Assembly: GCA_965217575.1 (NCBI GenBank)
Contig: OZ244558.1
Span: 1,915,507-1,979,506, forward strand
Source of the DNA: Pyrinomonadaceae bacterium
GTDB taxonomy: Bacteria > Acidobacteriota > Blastocatellia > Pyrinomonadales > Pyrinomonadaceae
DNA: 64,000 nucleotides
Direction of reading: 5' to 3'
A program made the translations under genes and the position numbers. The notes under the pieces are model-generated. The model was not told the DNA's origin and ran no database searches. It saw nothing but the letters and a program-made list of their open reading frames with translations. Numbering within the stretch: the first letter of the stretch is position 1; each line of letters starts with the position of its first letter. Below, piece by piece: positions 38,598-48,970 of this stretch.

Positions 38598-39032
38598 ATG
38601 ATGCCAAGAAACAGACAAATCATTCAATTAACGGAGCAGGATCGAAGTTCTTTGACAAATATTTTATCCAAAGGTAAATCAACCGCCCGTGTTCAAACCA
38701 GAGGCAGAGTTCTTGACCTGCTGCATCGCGGAGAACATCCCGCCGGAATCGCCGAAATACTGCAAGTCGGAATCGGAACGGTTTACAATCTGCAAAAGCG
38801 GTATTTGAAGGAGGGTTTGGAATCCGCCTTGACGGAGAAGCCGCGTTCGGGCAAACCGCCCGTCATCACGGGTGAGATGAAAGCCCGGATCACTGCCTTG
38901 GCTTGTTCCGACGCACCTGACGGACACGCTCGCTGGACGCTGCGCCTGCTGGCGGACAAAGCAGTCGAATTTGGATTAGTTGATTCTATTTCCTACAAAA
39001 CGTGCGGTGAAATACTGAAAAAAACGCTTTGA
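38598..39032 (+). CDS. IS630-family transposase OrfA (HTH DNA-binding part)
   Basis: HTH-containing N-terminal transposase region typical of IS630/Tc1-like; ends just after A7 run (gaaaaaaac 39014-39022). Confidence 0.8.
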   Translation: MMPRNRQIIQLTEQDRSSLTNILSKGKSTARVQTRGRVLDLLHRGEHPAGIAEILQVGIGTVYNLQKRYLKEGLESALTEKPRSGKPPVITGEMKARITALACSDAPDGHARWTLRLLADKAVEFGLVDSISYKTCGEILKKTL

Positions 39033-39721
39033 AACCACATTTGAAGAAGATGTGGTGCATCGGACGCATCACGGGTGAATATCTGGCGCGGATGGAAGAT
39101 GTGTTATCGCTCTACAATCTGCCGTATAATCGGCTCCGCCCGATCATTTGTATAGATGAGCTGCCGTTTCAACTATTGGGCGAGACGGTCGAACCGCTAC
39201 CAATGAAACCCGGAGCCGTCAAAAAGATTGATTATGAATACGCGCGTTGCGGCACTGCCAGCGTCTTTGTCGCCTTTGAACCGTTAACCGGCAAACGTCT
39301 GGTGCGAGTTTATCGGCAAAGAACGCGCGCCGACTACTGCCGCTTTGCTCAGGAACTCGTCAATCGGTGGTCAAATGCCGAACAGATTGTCTTGGTGCAG
39401 GATAATCTAAATACGCATAATGCCGGATCGTTTTATGAGAATCTGCCGCCCGAAGAAGCTTTTACACTAAGTCGGCGTTTTGAGTTCCACTACACGCCGA
39501 AAAAAGGCTCGTGGCTTAATATCGCGGAGTTGGAATTGTCAGCACTGTCACGCGTTTGTCTGGCACGGCGAATTTCCGATATGGAAACCTTAAGTAACCA
39601 ATTGGAAATGATTGTCAAAGAACGAAACGACTTAGAAATCAAGGTCAAATGGCAGTTCACGGTTGATCAAGCCAGAGAGAAGTTAGCTCGCCATTATGAA
39701 GAACTAACTTCCAAAAATTAA
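39029..39721 (+). CDS. IS630-family transposase OrfB (DDE catalytic part), -1 frame relative to OrfA
   Basis: DDE-type region (CIDE...QDN...WLNIAE); stop abuts right TIR. Confidence 0.8.
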   Translation: MKPHLKKMWCIGRITGEYLARMEDVLSLYNLPYNRLRPIICIDELPFQLLGETVEPLPMKPGAVKKIDYEYARCGTASVFVAFEPLTGKRLVRVYRQRTRADYCRFAQELVNRWSNAEQIVLVQDNLNTHNAGSFYENLPPEEAFTLSRRFEFHYTPKKGSWLNIAELELSALSRVCLARRISDMETLSNQLEMIVKERNDLEIKVKWQFTVDQAREKLARHYEELTSKN

Positions 39722-39736
39722 CGTAACAAAGCACTA

Positions 39737-40169
39737 GCTTCGAAAACCCGTTAAATTGAAATTGGAGTTTTACGGTGTGTTCCGGTGTTGTTTTGGTCAA
39801 AATACGAAAGCCGTATTTGTCGCCTTTAATCCTGAAATATTCGTCCTCCGTCGAATCAAAAACGACTTCATTTTTTGCCAATTTTCCGTTGACGAACTCC
39901 TTGACTGAAATTTGAAAGTCCTTTCCTTTCAAATCGTTACCCGTAAAACTCATTTTGTTGAGTCCAATATCTTCAAAGTACAGAACATTCATCAGGTCAG
40001 GATTTTCCGAACCGTATTTGACCTGCATTTTTATATCTGAAGTCGGAAGATTTTTGTTTGCAGCGGCTGCGCCATTTGTCGAGTTGATCTTTTGACTGTT
40101 GACTGTCTGCGCCAATGCAAAAGCGGCATTTAGCGCGATTAATATGATTATTGAGATATATTTTTTCAT
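39737..40169 (-). pseudogene. N-terminal part (signal peptide) of secreted hypothetical protein gene split by IS630 insertion
   Basis: Signal peptide MKKYISIIILIALNAAFALAQ; ORF-track continuation past 39737 reads into the IS. Confidence 0.6.
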
Positions 40170-40261
40170 ATTTCCTCTTATTTTCGGGCAAAGTTTTCCC
40201 GACGAACGACGCTTTGAAAACGCCTACCGAAAAGTATTGCCGCTTTATTTAGGTCGTGTGA

Positions 40262-41626
40262 TTACTTGATTAAATCTTCTAAAAATTTTATTACTTCAGG
40301 TTTTTTGCTGGTGCCGAGTGATCGAATCGCTTCGAGCCGCAGTTTGTCGGATTTATCGTTTTTGGCGATATTCAAAAGTTTTGTTGTCGCCTCATTTTGT
40401 TTGCTGGCGGCAAACGAACGAATTATTGATGTTTTAAATTGTTCATCGCTTTCATCATCGTAAAGTCGGGAAATTATTTCGATTACTTTTTCCTTTTCAG
40501 ACCATTCGGTAAATTTTTGCAAGTTTGAAAACGCCAGCCGCTTTAATTCGGAATCTTTTTCCGTGCGAACAATTTCCAGCAGTTTATCGAAATGAGTTTG
40601 TCTTGTAACATTCGCGTCGGAAGTGATCTTTTCAGTCTGTATATTTCGCGCCGCGCCCGCAAAGCTGAAGGGACTGTATGAATTATATAAATTACTTCCA
40701 AAAGAATTAATGATTGCTTTCTTAATCTCTTTGTTGTTTTCGGAAGCGTATAATTGAACGATATATTCAAACGACTGCTCATCATTCAAACTGCCCAGCG
40801 CGTAAATAATTTCCATTCGAATTTTGTCATTCGATTCATTTTGATAACTCCTGACCAAAGTTTCTCTGAGCAGCGGCGTAAATTGATTTCTGCTCTCGTT
40901 TGCCGTTAAATAGTCGAAATCAAACTCGCCGGGATTCATTTGTCTCAGCAAACGCGGACTTCTCAACGAACGGAGAACTTCGCGTTTGAGGGTTTCGCTG
41001 CTTTTCGAATCGTTCTTTAAAAGACTTCCAAGCACTTCGATTCCTCTTTTCGGATCGGCGGACGACAGACTTTGAAACGCGGCGAGTTTGATTTCATCTT
41101 CCCGATCAAGCGGTGTCTGCGGCGCAAGCGCACCAAATCCGCCGGTTTGCGCTTTAGCGAGACTTAAATCGTCAGCCCGCGCCGATTGAACAGAATAAGT
41201 GCGACTGAAAAGATTTGTCGCCAATGCCGGACGAATTTCATATTGCAGCACACGCGCATCATCCGACCACGAAGAATTTGGATAATTTTTTACCAAAAGA
41301 TCGAGCGTTTTGCCCGCCGATTCAACCTGTCCGAGCTTTTTTTGACAAAATGCCAGCCAGTAGAGTGCCGTATCAACTTTTTTATTTTCGGGACAGTCAC
41401 AGGCAATTTGCTTAAACTTTTCGGCGGCGTTTGCCCATTCTTCCTTGTCAATCAAATCTCTGCCTTCACGAAAAACTTTGTCGAATTTATCATCGGTAAA
41501 TTCTTTGTCCGGCGCAGATTTTTCCAAAGTCGAAGCGCGGATAATTTCGGGAATCAGAACGCAATTAAAGCCAATGACTAATAAAATGACCGCGAATATT
41601 TTTATTCGATTTGTTTTCGTATTCAT
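40262..41626 (-). CDS. TPR/HEAT-repeat lipoprotein
   Basis: Signal peptide with Cys, N-terminal TPR-like (YbgF-like) segment then HEAT-like repeats; downstream of ECF sigma/anti-sigma pair. Confidence 0.6.
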   Translation of the reverse strand: MNTKTNRIKIFAVILLVIGFNCVLIPEIIRASTLEKSAPDKEFTDDKFDKVFREGRDLIDKEEWANAAEKFKQIACDCPENKKVDTALYWLAFCQKKLGQVESAGKTLDLLVKNYPNSSWSDDARVLQYEIRPALATNLFSRTYSVQSARADDLSLAKAQTGGFGALAPQTPLDREDEIKLAAFQSLSSADPKRGIEVLGSLLKNDSKSSETLKREVLRSLRSPRLLRQMNPGEFDFDYLTANESRNQFTPLLRETLVRSYQNESNDKIRMEIIYALGSLNDEQSFEYIVQLYASENNKEIKKAIINSFGSNLYNSYSPFSFAGAARNIQTEKITSDANVTRQTHFDKLLEIVRTEKDSELKRLAFSNLQKFTEWSEKEKVIEIISRLYDDESDEQFKTSIIRSFAASKQNEATTKLLNIAKNDKSDKLRLEAIRSLGTSKKPEVIKFLEDLIK

Positions 41627-41645
41627 AATTTTTTCCTTTTGATTT

Positions 41646-42662
41646 TCAATAAACTTGCAGACTGGCGATGATATTCTGATTTCTCACGCGGTCTTTAATT
41701 TGCAAAACGTCTTCGGGCAAAGGATGCGTATTCAGATTGGCAATATCCAGCAAATACGGCTCGACTTTATTCAACATTTGTTCGGTCAGCGACATACCGA
41801 AACTTTCGGATTTCCGGCTCAATCGGGTATTTACATCGAGCAGACGGCGAGCCTGTTGTTTTTCGTATGAAACGTCGAATTGTTCGCCGTCTTCGGTAAA
41901 ACGCGCATTTCTAAAAGACCTCAGCAGCATCTCGACTTTTTCCATTTGCCGCGCGGCTTCGATTTCGAGAGTCTGCATTTGTTTAATCTGCGTTCGTTCC
42001 GCTTCGGAAGTTTTTGCAAGATCGTTCGGATATTGGCGAATTTCCTGCCGAATATTTTTTTGCCGTTCTCGTGTAATTGCAACAGCGGGCGATTTCGTCG
42101 GGTTTTTATTCGGTTTTACAATTTCCGCAAATCCGGTTTTAATGTTTTTTCTATTCACTTTTGAGATTATCGCGCCGTCTTTTTTTTTGTCAGGCAAAGC
42201 GACAATTACAGGTTTTTCAACCGAATCAACCGACTTGAAAGTTGCAGACTCAACAACATCAATTTGATTTCGAGCAAAATCGTCTTTCTTTCCGGCTGAC
42301 GAAAAAATCAGCACGAAACCGAACGCGGCAATTATCACCGCGCCAGCCGTTGCCGGATAAAAAAACGGCATTCCGAAAAGTTTTGCTTTCCATTCCGACA
42401 AAATGGCTGGTGATTTGATAAAAACGAATTTTTTCCGGGTTTCCGCTTCCAGTTTTTGCTGAAATTTCGCCCGTAAATCGGTCGGCGGTTCAACGTCGAA
42501 TAAATATGAAGCAAACATTTCTTTTTCACGCTTGACCATTGCAAACTCGGACGCACAGCCGACACAGGCAATAATATGCGCTTCCAACTGTGCGGCGGTT
42601 TGTTCGCGCAGTTCGCCCTCGATCAAATCGTCAAGTAAATGTAAGCAGTTTTCACAGTTCAT
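41646..42662 (-). CDS. zinc-finger anti-sigma factor with single TM helix
   Basis: N-terminal CxxC...H..C..C zinc-binding anti-sigma motif (CENCLHLLDD...AHIIACVGC), central TM helix, overlaps sigma gene stop. Confidence 0.6.
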   Translation of the reverse strand: MNCENCLHLLDDLIEGELREQTAAQLEAHIIACVGCASEFAMVKREKEMFASYLFDVEPPTDLRAKFQQKLEAETRKKFVFIKSPAILSEWKAKLFGMPFFYPATAGAVIIAAFGFVLIFSSAGKKDDFARNQIDVVESATFKSVDSVEKPVIVALPDKKKDGAIISKVNRKNIKTGFAEIVKPNKNPTKSPAVAITRERQKNIRQEIRQYPNDLAKTSEAERTQIKQMQTLEIEAARQMEKVEMLLRSFRNARFTEDGEQFDVSYEKQQARRLLDVNTRLSRKSESFGMSLTEQMLNKVEPYLLDIANLNTHPLPEDVLQIKDRVRNQNIIASLQVY

Positions 42663-43257
42663 TTTTCACCTCCATATACGGGCGAAGCATCACGCGCATT
42701 TCAATCTTGGCTCGATGCAGATCGGTTTTGAGTTTTGGAATTTTACTGCCCGTAATTTCCGAAATCTCTCTGTAACTCAAACATTGAATTTCTTTTAAAA
42801 TGAAAATCAGCCGTTGATCCGCTTTTAATTTACCGAGCGCGGCGGCGATAAAACTGTTCAATTCCTTGCTCAAAACCTGCTCGTCCGGCAGCGGACTTTT
42901 TTCGTCACACACTTCCGGCGACTCGCTTTCATTATCGCTTTGCAAATCTTTCCGACGATTGGAACGGAACGATTTATAAACGAGATTCTTAGCGATTCCG
43001 CACAGCCAGGTTTGCAGTTTAGCGTCGCCGCGCAGTGATCCGATGCCTTTGTAAGCTATCAAAAACGTTTCCTGAGTCAGTTCTTCCGCCAACTCGTGTT
43101 CGCCCAGCATTGCGTAAGTAAATTTGTAAATGAACCGCTGATGATGCTCAAAAATCTGCCCGAACGCTTCCTGATCGCCGGCTTGTGCCGCGACTAAAAT
43201 ATTTTCCATCAAATTTTGCAGATCGGTCTTGGCGTGACAGAGCATCGAAATATTCAT
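42652..43257 (-). CDS. ECF (sigma-70 family, group IV) RNA polymerase sigma factor
   Basis: Sigma-70 region 2 (ETFLIAYK) and region 4 HTH. Confidence 0.85.
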   Translation of the reverse strand: MNISMLCHAKTDLQNLMENILVAAQAGDQEAFGQIFEHHQRFIYKFTYAMLGEHELAEELTQETFLIAYKGIGSLRGDAKLQTWLCGIAKNLVYKSFRSNRRKDLQSDNESESPEVCDEKSPLPDEQVLSKELNSFIAAALGKLKADQRLIFILKEIQCLSYREISEITGSKIPKLKTDLHRAKIEMRVMLRPYMEVKNEL

Positions 43258-43504
43258 ACGCTTTACAACTCGTAAATTATCTTACACATTTAATTAGTTC
43301 CTTTTTTGCCGAAAAGGTTTCAATTATCTGAAAAGATTTTTCAAATGATTTGAAACAGTTTCGGAAACTTCAAAGGTTAGAACTATTAATTTAGTTTGCG
43401 GCTCAAAAACAAAATTCGTCAAACAATAACGACTTTCAGCGTTGATGCAAGCCAATCTTTGTTTGTGTTACGATAGGTTTTTTGTTTATTCTGGTAAAAA
43501 TTTT

Positions 43505-44908
43505 ATGAGCAACACCAATCCCGCGCGCGGAACGCGCGATTTTCTGCCGGCGGACGTTCGCAAGCGCAATTACGTCATCAATATTATCAAGGAAGTTTAT
43601 GAAAGCTACGGTTTTGAACCGCTCGAAACGCCGTCGGTCGAAAATCTCGACACGCTGACCAATAAATACGGCGAAGAAGGCAATCAACTGATGTTCAAAA
43701 TCCTCAAACGCGGTGAAAAATTGCAGCAGGAATTGAGCGAAGGACAAATCACGAACGAGAACGACTTGTCTGATTTGGCTCTGCGTTACGATTTGACTGT
43801 TCCGCTCGCCCGTGTCGTTGCCAATTACAAAAACGATCTGCCGAAATTTTTCAAACGCTATCAAATTCAGCCGGTTTGGAGAGCAGACCGTCCGGCGCGT
43901 GGGCGTTACCGCGAATTCTATCAATGCGATGTTGACGCAATCGGTTCGAGTTCGATGATCGTCGAAGCGGAATTGATTTTGGCAGTTTGTGAAATTTTGC
44001 AGGAATTAGGATTCAAGGATTTTACGATTCGCGTCAATCACCGGCAAATTCTCGACGGAATGATGGAACTTGCGGGAATTCCGAATGAAAAAAGACCGGC
44101 GGCACTCGTCATTATAGACAAGCTCGACAAGATCGGGCTGAACGGGATGAAAGAAGAATTGATGGCAAACGATTTTAACGAAAAAGGTGTCAGAGCCATC
44201 ACGCATCAAATCGAAAATCAGATGAATCTGCGTAATTCAGCCAAAAATAATTACGAATATAATCTGCAAATTCTCAGCGAAACTTCCAGTCCGGCGGAAG
44301 AATTCGCCGCCGATAACGAAAGTATGAATTCTTATTGGAAAGCGAAAAAGCAATTGCGGCAAATTGTCGAATTTACAAAAAATTCACCGGCGCGAAATCA
44401 AATCAAAGTTGACGAAAGTCTCGCGCGGGGTCTTTCATATTACACGGGCGCGATTTTTGAAATCAACGATCCCGGTTTAGCGGGAAGTCTCGGCGGCGGC
44501 GGGCGTTATGACGGTTTGATCGGAATGTTCGGCAAGGAACAAATTCCGGCGGTCGGTTTTTCGCTCGGACTCGAACGAATTTTGCTGATTATGGAAGAAC
44601 GCGGAATGTTTCCCGCCGATTTAACGACCAATTCGGCGGACGTTTTAGTCACAATCTGGAACGAAGAAACGGCGGGCGAATCTCTAAAATTGGCGAATGA
44701 TTTACGAGCGCAAAACTTGCGCGTTCTCGTCTATCCCGAAGCCGACAAACTCGGCAAACAGTTCAAATACGCCGACTCGATCAATATTCCGTTTGTCTGC
44801 ATTCTCGGCGAAACCGAACTCGCCGAAAACAAAGTTTCAGTAAAGAATTTGAAAACCGGCGAACAAAAAACTGTTGCGCGGGAAGAAACTGCGGCGCAAA
44901 TCAATTAA
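43505..44908 (+). CDS. hisS: histidyl-tRNA synthetase
   Basis: Class II aaRS motifs, HisRS signature regions (GGRYDGL), C-terminal anticodon-binding domain; start at ATG 43505. Confidence 0.9.
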   Translation: MSNTNPARGTRDFLPADVRKRNYVINIIKEVYESYGFEPLETPSVENLDTLTNKYGEEGNQLMFKILKRGEKLQQELSEGQITNENDLSDLALRYDLTVPLARVVANYKNDLPKFFKRYQIQPVWRADRPARGRYREFYQCDVDAIGSSSMIVEAELILAVCEILQELGFKDFTIRVNHRQILDGMMELAGIPNEKRPAALVIIDKLDKIGLNGMKEELMANDFNEKGVRAITHQIENQMNLRNSAKNNYEYNLQILSETSSPAEEFAADNESMNSYWKAKKQLRQIVEFTKNSPARNQIKVDESLARGLSYYTGAIFEINDPGLAGSLGGGGRYDGLIGMFGKEQIPAVGFSLGLERILLIMEERGMFPADLTTNSADVLVTIWNEETAGESLKLANDLRAQNLRVLVYPEADKLGKQFKYADSINIPFVCILGETELAENKVSVKNLKTGEQKTVAREETAAQIN

Positions 44909-44919
44909 ATAAAATCTCG

Positions 44920-45987
44920 ATGAAAGACAAAATTCGTTCCGCGCAAATCGTCGTGCCGTGCGTAAAGTTTGATGAATCGCTCAAATTTTTCACTGAACGG
45001 TTAGGCTTGCGCGTCGAGATGATTTTTCCGGCGGATGCGCCTTCGACGGCGGTGATTTCGGGTTACGGCACAACTTTGCGGCTTGAAAATTCAAATGAAA
45101 ATCAACCTTTGACAATTCAACTGGTCGGCGATTTTTCCGATGAAACTTTGCGCGAACTTTATTCGCCGGACGGCGTTCGCGTGAATTTGATTGATGAAAA
45201 ATCAAAGATCGAAATTCCCGAAGCGACGAATGAATTCGTTTTATCAACATTGAAAGATGAAAATTTGTGGGGCAAAGGTCGCGCGGGAATGCTGTATCGT
45301 GATTTGATTCCGTCGAGATTGGGCGGCAGATTTGTCGCGTCGCATATTTCGATTCCCGAAGGCGGCGAAGTTCCCGATTATGTTCATTTTCACAAAGTCC
45401 GTTTTCAGATGATTTACTGCATTTCCGGTTGGGCGAAACTCGTTTACGAAGACCAGGGCGAACCTTTCATAATGAACGCGGGCGACTGCGTTTTACAGCC
45501 GCCGGAAATTCGGCATCGCGTTTTGGAAACATCCGCGAATTTTGAAGTTCTGGAAATCGGCTGTCCGGCGATTCACGAAACTTACACCGATCACGCGCTT
45601 GATTTGCCGAACGGCGAAATTATTGCGGAAAAGATTTATGGCGAACAACGTTTTGTTCACCACGCCGCCGAAAAATCTATTTGGCAAAATTCCGATATTA
45701 AAGGATTTGAGGAACGCGATACGAAAATCAGCGAAGCGACCGGTGGTTTGGCTGATGTTCGGCTCTTTTGCGCCGTCGCCGATACGAAATTTTCCGTCAC
45801 ACATTCCAACGAATTTTTGTTCTTTTTTATCGTTCGAGGCAATCTGCGGCTGTCCGACGAAGAAAATAACTTTCATCTTTTGAAATCGCGCGAAAGTTTT
45901 GTTCTGCCGCGCGGAAAAAGTTATTCTATCGAAGCCGATAAAAATCTCGAAATGGTTCGAGTAAGTTTGGCAGGAAATCAAAATTAA
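44920..45987 (+). CDS. cupin-domain protein with N-terminal VOC/glyoxalase-like region
   Basis: Cupin His-rich motifs (HFHKVRFQMIYCISGWAKL...H) in central part. Confidence 0.55.
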   Translation: MKDKIRSAQIVVPCVKFDESLKFFTERLGLRVEMIFPADAPSTAVISGYGTTLRLENSNENQPLTIQLVGDFSDETLRELYSPDGVRVNLIDEKSKIEIPEATNEFVLSTLKDENLWGKGRAGMLYRDLIPSRLGGRFVASHISIPEGGEVPDYVHFHKVRFQMIYCISGWAKLVYEDQGEPFIMNAGDCVLQPPEIRHRVLETSANFEVLEIGCPAIHETYTDHALDLPNGEIIAEKIYGEQRFVHHAAEKSIWQNSDIKGFEERDTKISEATGGLADVRLFCAVADTKFSVTHSNEFLFFFIVRGNLRLSDEENNFHLLKSRESFVLPRGKSYSIEADKNLEMVRVSLAGNQN

Positions 45988-46083
45988 TCAAAAGGGCGTG
46001 TTAATTTTCAAACAGTTGGACTTTCATTTCTCAAAATCGGATAATAAAAATCGAAACATCAAACAAATCCGTAAATTATTTAT

Positions 46084-46569
46084 ATGTTCACGATCCGCGC
46101 TAAATACAGCGATAAAGTTGAAGTAAAATCGAATCTCGAAAAGGTGCGCGAGTTTTTCGGCGACATCAAAAACTTCGTCGAATTGATGCCGAGCATCGAA
46201 AGTATTCACACCGATGCAAAAGGAATCGCGCATTGGACGATTCGCGCCGAGATTCCGATTGTCGGCGCGATGAAACAGAAATTCGCCGTCGAACTTGCCG
46301 AAAGCGACGAAGAAAGAATCGAATGGATTCCGCTCGCGGGCGAAACGAAAAATATGTTGCGCTACGCGGCGGATTTTATCGAGAAAGGCAAAGATTTAAC
46401 CGTCGTGCAGTTTACGCAAGCCGTCGAAATGCGCCGCGATTCCGCGCGTGAACTCCATCTGCTCGCCGGACTCGCCGGCGAATCTATCATCAGCAATGAA
46501 ATGACCAAGAAGATCGCCGAAATGCTCAAGACTTTCTTTCAGCGGGCGCAGGAAAAGTTGGAAGCGTAA
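46084..46569 (+). CDS. SRPBCC (Bet v1/START-like) ligand-binding domain protein
   Basis: Length and secondary-structure pattern typical of polyketide cyclase/SnoaL-like SRPBCC proteins; weak. Confidence 0.5.
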   Translation: MFTIRAKYSDKVEVKSNLEKVREFFGDIKNFVELMPSIESIHTDAKGIAHWTIRAEIPIVGAMKQKFAVELAESDEERIEWIPLAGETKNMLRYAADFIEKGKDLTVVQFTQAVEMRRDSARELHLLAGLAGESIISNEMTKKIAEMLKTFFQRAQEKLEA

Positions 46570-46637
46570 AAGACTTCGTAAATCTCAAGCGGCAAATATA
46601 ACAAATATAAACAGAAGATCGAATTTGGAGAAACATT

Positions 46638-47543
46638 ATGAAAAAAACACTATTTTTAACCGGACTTTTGACAATTCTTTTTGTGTCAAATATTTTCGCG
46701 CAACTGAATTTGCCGCGCGGTTCACAGCGTGCCGAAGTCGCGCAAACGGTCGGCGACACGCGCGTCGCTCTCGTCTATGATCGCCCGAACGCTAAAGGAC
46801 GCGAGATTTTGGGCTGTCAAACCGATGATTTTTTGCCGAAAGGCGGCGTTTCGTATCCGTGTCTTGTGCCTTACGGACAAGTTTGGCGCACCGGCGCGGA
46901 CGAAAACACGACTTTTGAAACGAATCACGATTTAAAAATCAACGGTCAAACGCTGCCCGCCGGAAAATACGGTCTGCACACGATTCCCGGCAAAGACGAA
47001 TGGACGATTATTTTCAGCAAAACCAACGATTCGTGGGGCAGTTTCACTTATAAACCGGAAAACGACCAACTGCGCGTAATGGCAAAACCGCAAACCGCCG
47101 AATTTGCCGAAACGATGTCGCTTGGTTTGGAAAACATCAAACCGACGACCGCCGATGTCGTCATTCGCTGGGCAAATCTGCGCGTTCCGTTTACGATTGA
47201 TATCGGCGATGTCAACGCGCGGGTTCTCGGAAACATCCGCGAGCAGATGAAAAATCTTAAATCAGATGATTTACGCACGCCTGTAACGGCGGCAAATTAT
47301 GTTTATTCGCAGAAAATGACGGCGAGTTACCCGGAAGCGATCAACTGGCTCGACGCGACTTTGAAGAATAAAGAAACCGCCAACGCGCTCGGCTTAAAAG
47401 CCAATCTGCTGGCGGAAACCGGCAAAAAACAGGAAGCGATTGCCGCCGCCGAACGCGCCGTCATCGTTTCCAAAGCCGCCAATCCGAAGGCAGATACGAG
47501 CGATTTGGAAAAGCGCATCGCAGAATGGAAAAAAGGCAAATAG
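46638..47543 (+). CDS. DUF2911 domain protein with C-terminal TPR-like segment, secreted
   Basis: Signal peptide; DUF2911-type core (WRTGADENTTFETNHDLKINGQTLPAGKYGLHTIP). Confidence 0.65.
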   Translation: MKKTLFLTGLLTILFVSNIFAQLNLPRGSQRAEVAQTVGDTRVALVYDRPNAKGREILGCQTDDFLPKGGVSYPCLVPYGQVWRTGADENTTFETNHDLKINGQTLPAGKYGLHTIPGKDEWTIIFSKTNDSWGSFTYKPENDQLRVMAKPQTAEFAETMSLGLENIKPTTADVVIRWANLRVPFTIDIGDVNARVLGNIREQMKNLKSDDLRTPVTAANYVYSQKMTASYPEAINWLDATLKNKETANALGLKANLLAETGKKQEAIAAAERAVIVSKAANPKADTSDLEKRIAEWKKGK

Positions 47544-47612
47544 ATTTTTCCGCATAAAAAAGAGTCGGCATATTGACGAAAATATGCCGACTCTCTTTTT
47601 TTCCGCTGAAAA

Positions 47613-48101
47613 TTATTGCTGATAAGTATCTAAAAATTTCCCGACAAAATTTCCTTCTTCCGTTCCGTCAGGCTTGCTGATCGTCCAATCAAGCAAATCG
47701 CTTTCCGGGAAAATGTAAACATCGCCCATTTTATAACCTGATACAAGCTGAATATCGCTCCAAATCAAACCTTTTATTTTCCCGTGTTTGATTTCTTTGA
47801 CAGCGACAAAAACCTGCTCGAATTTCCCTTTTTCATCGTGAAGCAACGTGGTGATGAAAAAAGTTTCCTTTGGCGGCAATCCTTTTAAATAACGCTCTTT
47901 TGCCTGCGGATATGTTTTCCGAGCTTTTTCGATGTACGGCTTAACGGCTGCTTCAAAACTATCTTTTTGATTTTGTGTAACTTGTTTCAGATTATCAATC
48001 GGCGCGTTCGGCGCGACATTTACCGTTTTGTCGGACTGCTGGGCATACGCCGCACCGGAAAATAACAGGGAAACGAATAGAATTGATAATTTTATTTTCA
48101 T
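47613..48101 (-). CDS. DUF2314 (YegJ-like) domain protein, secreted
   Basis: Signal peptide then DUF2314-like region; start at ATG 48101 avoids overlap with SDR gene. Confidence 0.6.
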   Translation of the reverse strand: MKIKLSILFVSLLFSGAAYAQQSDKTVNVAPNAPIDNLKQVTQNQKDSFEAAVKPYIEKARKTYPQAKERYLKGLPPKETFFITTLLHDEKGKFEQVFVAVKEIKHGKIKGLIWSDIQLVSGYKMGDVYIFPESDLLDWTISKPDGTEEGNFVGKFLDTYQQ

Positions 48102-48123
48102 ACATTTGTCGTTACAGAAAAAT

Positions 48124-48873
48124 TTAAGTAATCGCGCCGCCGTCAACGATGACGATTTCGCCCTGCATAAAACTGTTGCGGTCGCTCGTCATAAAGGCGG
48201 CGATTTCGGCAAGTTCGGCAGGTTTGCCGAGGCGACCTTTGGAAACCCAAAAATCGTGCATCTGCAAAAGTCGTTCGGGCAAAGTGTGTCCCAAATCAGT
48301 GTCAAAAATTCCGGCGGCAATCGCGTTGACGGAAATTCCGAAATTGGCGGCTTCGCGCGACAGACATTTTGTAAAACCGATCATCGCCGCTTTGGAAGTC
48401 GCGTAATGCACGGAAGTCGGCAAACTGCGAATCGCGCCGACGCTCGTGATATTGAGAATCGAACCGACGCGAGCGCGAATCATTTGTTTGTAAAACGGTT
48501 TGGTGACGGCGAAAAGACTGCCGACGTTCGTTTCGACGACCCAATCCCAACTTTTATCGGTCGTCGTGGCGAAATTATCCGGTTTGTTGACGGCGGCGTT
48601 ATTGACCAAAACATTGATCGCGCCCCACGCGTCGAAAATTTCCCGCGCGATGCGCTTCATTCCCACGCGGTCGGTCACGGAAACTTTATAAGACAGAGCG
48701 CGCCTGCCGTGCGCTTCGATTTTCGCTTTGACTTCTTCCGCCAAATCTTCGCGCGAATGATAATTAAAAGCGACATCCGCGCCTTCGCGGGCGAAAATTT
48801 CACAAATTGCCGCGCCGATTCCGCGCGTTCCGCCCGACACAAATGCGCGTTTTCCTTCAAGTAAAAGACTCAA
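48124..48873 (-). CDS. SDR-family oxidoreductase (FabG-like 3-oxoacyl reductase)
   Basis: TGGTRGIG NAD(P)-binding motif, catalytic YxxxK (YATSKAA). Confidence 0.85.
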   Translation of the reverse strand: MSLLLEGKRAFVSGGTRGIGAAICEIFAREGADVAFNYHSREDLAEEVKAKIEAHGRRALSYKVSVTDRVGMKRIAREIFDAWGAINVLVNNAAVNKPDNFATTTDKSWDWVVETNVGSLFAVTKPFYKQMIRARVGSILNITSVGAIRSLPTSVHYATSKAAMIGFTKCLSREAANFGISVNAIAAGIFDTDLGHTLPERLLQMHDFWVSKGRLGKPAELAEIAAFMTSDRNSFMQGEIVIVDGGAIT

Positions 48874-48970
48874 ATTGTTTCTCCAGTTTAATAAATGCGA
48901 TTTTGAACAAAACTACAAAAAGGGTAATGAAAATGTGAAAAAGTAACAAGTGAGAAAAGTAAATTTAAAT

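Larger units (their letters stand above)
38544..39736 (+). mobile_element. IS630-family insertion sequence (1189 bp) with 12-bp terminal inverted repeats and TA target-site duplication
   Basis: TIRs gtgctttgttac (38546-38557) / gtaacaaagcac (39723-39734); flanking TA at 38544-45 and 39735-36; two-ORF transposase inside. Confidence 0.8.
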
